Shown here piece by piece: positions 56,400 through 64,000 of a stretch of 64,000 nucleotides of DNA. The notes under the pieces were generated by a model that did no database searches, had not been told where the DNA came from, and was given only the letters and a program-made list of their open reading frames with translations. A program made the translations under genes and the position numbers. Every line of letters starts with the position of its first letter. Within the stretch, counting starts at the first letter, position 1. The DNA comes from Octopus sinensis (lineage: Eukaryota), in NCBI RefSeq assembly GCF_006345805.1, contig NC_043012.1, positions 51,274,001-51,338,000 on the forward strand, read 5' to 3'.

Positions 56400-57202
56400 G
56401 GTGATGCATCCTAGATCCTGTCAGTATTTTTCTTGTTTTCCTATATATTTTGGACAGTTCATTTCGTGTCCAGTTAAGGATATTGTAGCTGTAACTTATA
56501 ACTGGGACAGCTAAAGTGTTGATACCTATTATCTTGTTTTTAGCATTGAGCTCTGTTTTTAGTATTGATCTGACTCGTCTATAATATTCTTTTTTTTATT
56601 TTGTGTTGTGTCTTATCTAGTTCATGGATTCCTAAGTATTTGTAAGTTTGGCTTTGGTCTAATTCTTTTATTTCATTGGTTTTATCTAGTGTGATGTTGT
56701 TACTCTTAACTAGTTTTCCTCTTTTCAGGGTTACTTTGGCGCATTTTTCTAATCCAAATTTCATATCTATTTCTTTGGTAAATCCATGAACTGTCTTTAA
56801 TAGTGTTTCCAGCTGTTTGTCATTTGCAGCGTATAGTTTTAGGTCATCCATATATAAAAGGTGGCTGATCGTTTTGCCGTAACATTTATATCCGCATCCA
56901 GTTCTATTTAGCATATCAGATAGAGGTGACAGTGCCAAGCAGAAAAGGAGTGGAGAGAGCGTGTCTCCCTGGAATATTCCTCTTCTAATGGGGATGTCTT
57001 TGGTTTTCATGAGTCCCTCTTTTGTTTGGAGGTGTAGGACTGTTTGCCATTTATTCATAGAGTGCTCTATGAATTTTATGATTGTTGGTGCTACTTTGTT
57101 AATGGCTAGTGTTTCGAGGATCCATGTGTGGGGGATGCTATCAAACGCCTTTTTGTAGTCAATCCAGGCTATACTGAGGCCTTTCTTCTTTCTGTGGCTG
57201 TC
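56400..57202 (-). pseudogene. R4/Dong-clade LINE reverse transcriptase fragment
   Basis: AWIDYKKAFDSIPH...RGIFQGDTLSPLLF...HLLYMDDLKLYA...KFGLEKC...YKYLG; 5' end abuts (TAA)n. Confidence 0.9.
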
Positions 57203-57229
57203 TTATTATTATTATTATTATTATTATTA

Positions 57230-57295
<66 letters not shown>

Positions 57296-57300
<5 letters not shown>

Positions 57301-57350
57301 TCACTGTCTAGAATCAAACTCTGAATCTTGGGGTTAGTAGCCCGTGCTCT
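57296..57350 (-). mobile_element. tRNA-like head of the same SINE as 1906-1980
   Basis: Minus: agcacgggctactaaccccaagattcagagtttgattctagacagtgacctgaataataat matches 1929-1990. Confidence 0.8.
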
Positions 57351-59316
57351 CTCTATATATACTACGGGCTTCTTTCAGTTTCTGTCTATCAAATCCACTT
57401 AAAAGGACTTGGTTGGCCCGAGGCTGTAGTAGAAATACTTGCCCAATGAGCCAGGCAGTGGTGCTGAACCTGGAATATTGTGGTTTTTAAGCAAACTACT
57501 CACCACACAGCAACATACATATGTGTGTGTGTGTGCGTGTTTAAAAGATTGTGTCTTCATTCTCATGGATAAATTATTATTTTCAGTATATTATCCTCTC
57601 GACTAATACATTGAGGGCAAAAATCCTTTGTCAGATTGTCTGGATAATCTCGCGAATGGATTGCACGTTATATTGAAAGAACCCACTTCATCAAACTGTA
57701 CCACTCAGAGTTCGTTAGATGAGTAAATATATGAAATGACACCTGTCTCTATACGGGCTAACTCAAAAGACTCTGGTAATTCTGTGAATTCTACCAATGA
57801 AAGAAACAAAATCAGAAAAGCCCTCTAAAATTAAGTGGTGACCTCGCTGAATGGTCGTGGGGAATCAGACAAAACAAGGACATTTTTTCCTGTTTTCATA
57901 TTCTGAGTTCAAAATCCATCAAGGCCAGCTTTGCGTTTCAGTTTTTCGGGGACAATAACATAGAGTCAAGTACATGGCTTAATGTGATCGAATAACCCCA
58001 TTTCATAAATTTCTGATTATTTTGCTTACACTAAAAATAATTAGAATTATTATTTAATTGACGAGATGACAGGAACTTTAGAGCATTAAAATATAATAAG
58101 TTGCATGAGTACATTTTTACTATTTTTCTACCGGGCAGAAAGTTATAGTAATTCCTTTAATGAACAGATGTAAATATTTTTGATGACTGTGCTTGGTTCA
58201 AAGTTATCTGGGAGAAAATATTAACCGGAAATTGAATCTATGTTGCACTGTATGTTTGATAAAACTTTCACCTCAGCCTTAAGCGGTTGAAAATATATGA
58301 TGAAACAAAATAAATATTAATTTTCAAAGGGGAAAATCTATTATTTATACACTTTCCTCAACGAATTATAGAAGAATTGCGCAATCTGCGAATGGGAAGG
58401 AATTGCACTCGGCTTGCATATCACTGTAGGCACAATTCATAAATATCACAAATATTTGAGCTTATGAATTCATCGATTTTCAGTTAGTGGTGTGGCATTG
58501 TTGGATAATGCGACGGATGTTCAACCAACATCCAAAGGCATACGTGGTGTAAATTAAATGAAGTTGCTTTACGGATGTATTGCAAATATGTCGTGCTCTC
58601 GGCAGGCTAAACTGCACCTTCTTTTCAGTGACAGCTTTTATAAGTGAAATAAGCATTGAATTGTTATGCAGTAAAAAAGGATAATCTTGAATACTGAATC
58701 ACATTACTCAATGTTAAATGATATTTGACTGAACTAATATGCTTCTATAGATCACGCTAGTTGATAGGAAATAGAGTAAATGTCAAGTTAAATGTTAATA
58801 TCGAACACTGAAATTGTTTTTGTAAGATTCACATTTATCAAGAATTTAGCACATAATTTATGCAGTTAATTTATATATTTATGTAACGATTATAAGATTT
58901 GGGTGTATGTTCAGTTTTATTAAAGTTGTGACAAAGATACAATATCACTTTAATACTGAGACCTAACCAGCGCAAAATCATTGCAAAAACATAGTCATCC
59001 AATTATGTGTTGTTTTTCTTTCCCTTTTAAAGGTAGCTATAATAGCGACTATACAAGCAAAATCTCTTTCAAAACAGTATTTAAAATTATACATGAAAAA
59101 TAAAATACTTTAACTATAGGCAGTTCTAATATTTAACATTTTACTTTATTGGATTTTCAGGAGTAACCAATTCGAAATTTCTTCCTTTTGGCTTCATGAA
59201 GATTGTCCAACCACTTGCAATTTTGGAGGAATTCATATTCACACTAAATAATTTCGACACAGAAATAATATAACTAAATAAAACTATTTACACACAATTT
59301 CAACAATGCACCATAT

Positions 59317-59355
<39 letters not shown>

Positions 59356-59356
<1 letters not shown>

Positions 59357-59723
59357 TAGCAGTATCGCCCGGCGTTGCTCAGGTTTGTAAGGGAAATAAC
59401 TTTAAAGCATTTTTAGAGAGTTATAGCCAAAAAATAGCAAAAAATGGAAAAAAATGATGGTAAATTTTTTTGAGATTTAAAAAAGGTGGAGTTGCGTCCC
59501 CTAGACAGTTTATGGTTTGTGTTTCTGATTCTCGACCCCATGTCGAATTTATCGATTTTTTTCAGAACTGGGGGAACTTTTCAAAATTTTCGCTGCGTTA
59601 GTTTTGAATTATGACATTGGGCTATGTGTGTGTCAAGTTTCATCAAAATCGGTTGAAAGCCGTGGTCAGGGTGAGGGTACAAGCAAACAGACACACAGAA
59701 ACACGCACAGACAAACTGCCGTT

Positions 59724-59740
<17 letters not shown>
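59356..59740 (-). mobile_element. Non-autonomous Helitron (second family)
   Basis: Minus 3' end: hairpin cctgagcaacgccggg then CTAG|T at 59356-59359; 5' end runs into (TA)n. Confidence 0.7.
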
Positions 59741-59774
<34 letters not shown>

Positions 59775-59843
59775 GCATGACTGTATTATTACACAGACAT
59801 ACTAACATACATGAAAACGTACAAACATATCGACACAATTCGT

Positions 59844-59895
<52 letters not shown>

Positions 59896-60121
59896 AGCAT
59901 TTAAGGAGTTCAGATTATGCACGCAAAAATATTAGAAATACTAATTCTGATGCACAAGGATTATTCAAAAATAGATCTTTCTCCATGTTGTGTATGGACA
60001 TTACATATGTGCGTATGTATGTGTGTGTCAGAGAGAGAGAGAGAGAGAATACATGTGTCTACGTACCTACGTATACTTGTAGACACACACACACATATCA
60101 TACATGTATATATATGTATAA

Positions 60122-60170
<49 letters not shown>

Positions 60171-61191
60171 ATATATATATGGTAAAGACAAGGAGAGAGA
60201 TAGAGAGATGAATGGAGAGTGAGAGAAAACCAATTAAATCTGCCCTACCCTAAAGTAAATTCACATTGCACAGACACGAAAACGAGATATCTCGGCAGGC
60301 GTATCGAGAAGACCTGTACACACGCTTATACGTATGATTGTGCTTGTGTGTGTGTGTGTATATGTTTATTATGTATATTGCGTGTGCACGTGTACATTCG
60401 CTTGCTAGATAGAGCTAGTGCGTATGCTTTGTGACATTTATTCACAAGTTATAATGTGAATGGATATATTGTAATTCAACTAATATGAAGCTAAAAGAGA
60501 AATCCAATTTGCAGTCACGAAAAGTGTTGGCTTTGTTTGCGGAGACGTGTCTGTATATATATATATCTATGCTCGTGTACTATTATAATTGTGTTTCAGT
60601 GTGTGTATCTATATGCAAGTTGATAGTTCGTGTATGTGAATGTGTACTTCGGAAGGAGCGTGTGTAAGAGATTTTGGTACACAAAAGCAGTAGCAATCCA
60701 GATCATTGGAAGCCCATAAGGTAGTCTAAAGCCGGAAACAGCATTTCTAAGCTATGGACATTTATTACGATGCATCTCTTTTCTATCCAATAACACCAAG
60801 TAAATAACAGCTGGCAATTGTTGCAATGAACTGGCTTATAACTGTACAAAAATATTTGGATCTTCACGTATCGAAATAGTACTGTTACTATAAAAATTCT
60901 AAACATCTGAGATGATGGCTAAATTTTATTACATTGAATTAGTTAGACTTAATTTATACCAATCCTATAGTTACACCAATCATTAAACAAGGGCAATGCT
61001 GGAGCAATTGCTTCATGTGTTTTTAGTCTACCACTTTGACATCAGGACATATCTTTCAAGTTTGATACTCATTTTATCTAGCCTTTTACTGAACTGCTAA
61101 GTTACATTGGTGTAAACAAACTAGCATCAATAACATCGGTTGTTAAGCCATGGTGTGAGCACAAAGGCTATCACAAAAACACACATCCCTT

Positions 61192-61261
<70 letters not shown>

Positions 61262-61272
<11 letters not shown>

Positions 61273-62176
61273 TCAAGGTAATAAGAATTATAGAATTTTT
61301 TACTACCAGTGGTCTAGCGCAAAAAATTTAGTCAATAGACTATGTATTATTCCTATAAAATATCGTGTACATTAAAACACATTAAGAGGCTTCCATCATA
61401 GGAAGGCCTTGTGCTAGAAAGAACAGTTAATGTTCAAGCCACTAATTAGGGAAAAATTCTCGAAGGAAATGAAAGATAAAAACATTTACCATCTAATTTA
61501 TTTCCCGGGCCATGGTTTCTGATTTATTTCAGTAAAATAAAATTTACTGAGACCGTTTTCTTCAGCCTTAGATTAAATATACACCCAACGAGATCGCATG
61601 CAAATTCATTGTTTGTACATTCTAATTTTTCAAATCCACTGCGCAGTCGCAGTCTATTGTCGGCAACAGAGAGGATGCCGGTAAAACCTCGGACATGTGT
61701 TTTAATGTACACGATATTTTATATACAGTCTATTGACTGAATGTTTTGCGGTAGACCACTGATAGTAAAAATTTCTGTAATTGTTATTATCCTGATATTA
61801 TTAATTATGTTTAATGATTTTTGGTAAATTTGTTCGACTTTTTACCGGCATCCTCTCTGTTGCCGACAATAGACTGCGACTGCGCAGTGGATTCGAAAAA
61901 TTAGAATGTACAAACAATGAGTTCACATGCTGAATTGATCTCGTTGTATGTATATTTTATCTAAGGCTACCCGCTTAAGAAGACGGCCTCAGTAAATTTT
62001 ATTCTTCTGAAATAAGCCAGAAACCATGGTCCGTGAATTGAATTAGATGGTAACTGTTATTTTTCATTCCCTTCGAGAATTTATCCCTAATTAATGCCTT
62101 GAAATTTAACTGTTCTTTCTAGCTCAAGCATTTCTATGATGGCAGCCTCTTAATATGTTTTAATGTACACGATATT
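61262..62176. mobile_element. Non-coding PLE-type terminal repeat complex (inverted + partial tandem copies) with hammerhead relics
   Basis: Blocks A (61262-61380) and B (61381-61686), then reverse complements A' (61696-61803), B' (61839-62153) and a partial A' (62154-62176); HHR-like motifs at 61504-61566 (minus) and 61970-62035 (plus). Confidence 0.8.
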
Positions 62177-62192
62177 GTGTATATATATATAT

Positions 62193-62269
<77 letters not shown>

Positions 62270-62464
62270 TATATCCACACATATTATAAATATATACACA
62301 TGTGTGGGGGTGTAGATATAAGCGAGTCTGCGCGGTTCAGTGTTCAGTACCACTGCATGGAACTTTGCGCTAGTGTCTTCTACTCTATCCTCGGACTTGC
62401 GAGTGGATTTGATTGACAGAAACTGAAAGAAACCCGACGTATACGCACCCACGCGAGCGCTAAG

Positions 62465-62505
<41 letters not shown>

Positions 62506-62591
62506 TATGTATATATTTGTGTGTGTGTGCGTGTGCGTAAATATATATATATTTTTCTCTCCTTCTTTCTGTGTTTTTCTCTCTCTGTGTA

Positions 62592-62629
62592 TCTTTCTGT
62601 TGAAGAGCGTAGGCTCGAAACGTTAAAGA
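62592..62629 (+). ncRNA. Type I minimal hammerhead-like motif with atypical core (CUGUUGA)
   Basis: TCTTT-CTGTTGA-A-GAGC(GTAG)GCTC-GAAAC-GTT-AAAGA; stems I and II perfect, palindromic AACGTT stem III. Confidence 0.65.
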
Positions 62630-62726
62630 CTTGTTTTAGTTATATTTCCTGAGCGCCATACTAATACAATTGTTCGTTTGTCTTCCACCTGCCTTCGTCT
62701 TTTGTTTATTTTCATAAAGCTTCCCG

Positions 62727-62779
<53 letters not shown>

Positions 62780-63525
62780 CATACATATATTCATGACACG
62801 ACGGGTTTTGACACCGTTTTCCTCTACCGATTTCGCGCTCAAATCATTGTTTGGGCTGACGATATTTGCTCAATCTACCGCGTACTCGGATTGGACCGGA
62901 AAAAAATGTGGTTGTCAAACGAGCACATTCCTCCTCCTAGTTATCATTTATTTCTTATGAGCAATATTCTTTCTATACTTAGTAAAAGAATATATCTTAA
63001 AAAATCGTAACTGCTTTTCTACTCATGAATGTAATTAATGATATAACAGACATTTTAACCGCTATGATGTGTGTGTGTGTATGTGTGCGTGTGTGCAGCT
63101 GCATTTCACGCTGTTTATAGGCAAGATATTCTAACCATCATCATAATATATTTTAACGCACTATCATAAATGTATAAATTATTCTGACAATTTCTATTTC
63201 ATCATCAGTATTAAATCACTGAAGTTTGCGTCACGGTATAAATATTTGCCACATTCTTGACAATAATATTCTTTATGATTCAGACATTTCTATAACGTCT
63301 AACAATACATCTGTTACAACTTTTGTTTTCTTAAGAATGTCGAAGACATTAAGTTTTGTGTGTTGTCTTAACCAACTCATTTTAAAAGTAAACTTATACC
63401 CACCAGTCATAATCCGTACGTGTATAGACCAAATGTCTTTAAATAATCTTTAAAACGTAACAAAATATTGATTCACTAGGACATAAATAACTAAGATAAA
63501 TTTATAATATATAATAACTATTTAT

Positions 63526-63965
63526 TTCTGTATTACCCACAAGGGGCTAAACACAGAGGGGACAAACAAGGACAGACATAGGTATTAAGTCGATTACATC
63601 GACTCCAGTGCGTAACTGGTACTTGATTTATCGACCCCGAAAGGATGAAAGGCAGATGAAGTGAAGGCGCATGGCTCAATGGTGAGAGCGTGGAGCTTAT
63701 GGCCATAATGTTGTGGGACCAGGCTGTGTATTGTGTTCTTGAGCAAGACACTTTATTTCACGTTGCTCCTGTTCACTCAGCTGTAGAAATGAGTTGCGAC
63801 GTCACAGATGCCAAGCTGTATCGGCCATTGCCTTTCCATGGAGAGGGGAGGCTGGTATGCATGGGCGACTGCTGGGTTTCCCATACACAACTTTGCCCAG
63901 AGTTGTGCCTCGGGGGGTAACTTTCTAGGTGCAATCCCATGACCATTCGTGACCGAAGGGGATCT
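63526..63965. mobile_element. SINE family A 3' half (minus, 63526-63655) abutting SINE family C (plus, 63661-63965)
   Basis: Homology to 46212-46340 and 19884-20230. Confidence 0.85.
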
Positions 63966-64000
63966 CCGGAGTGATGATAGTAATGATAATAATGATGATG

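Overview
AT-rich, microsatellite-saturated eukaryotic non-coding DNA. The repeat landscape looks like an octopod cephalopod (inference, not verified). I recognise no host protein-coding gene; nearly all ORFs in the track are (TA)n/(TATG)n/(AAT)n artefacts or transposon fragments. The main feature is a young Penelope-like retroelement (PLE, Neptune-like RT + GIY-YIG) at 41231-43920, inserted as two head-to-head 5'-truncated copies. Its 3' region carries a minimal type I hammerhead ribozyme (HHR) with a compensated U3-A8 core. Reading both strands gives about a dozen HHR or HHR-relic motifs: one canonical copy, core variants, and copies inside non-coding inverted-repeat elements. One motif forms the tail of a tRNA-headed SINE that also has a PLE-style inverted 3' duplication, a candidate PLE-mobilised ribozyme-SINE. 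The rest comprises several tRNA-SINE families (one forming multimers with a fixed junction), R4/Dong, L1/Tx1, RTE and CR1-like LINE fragments, old PLE and Gypsy relics, two TIR MITEs and two non-autonomous Helitrons. All calls are by eye; no searches or folding were run.
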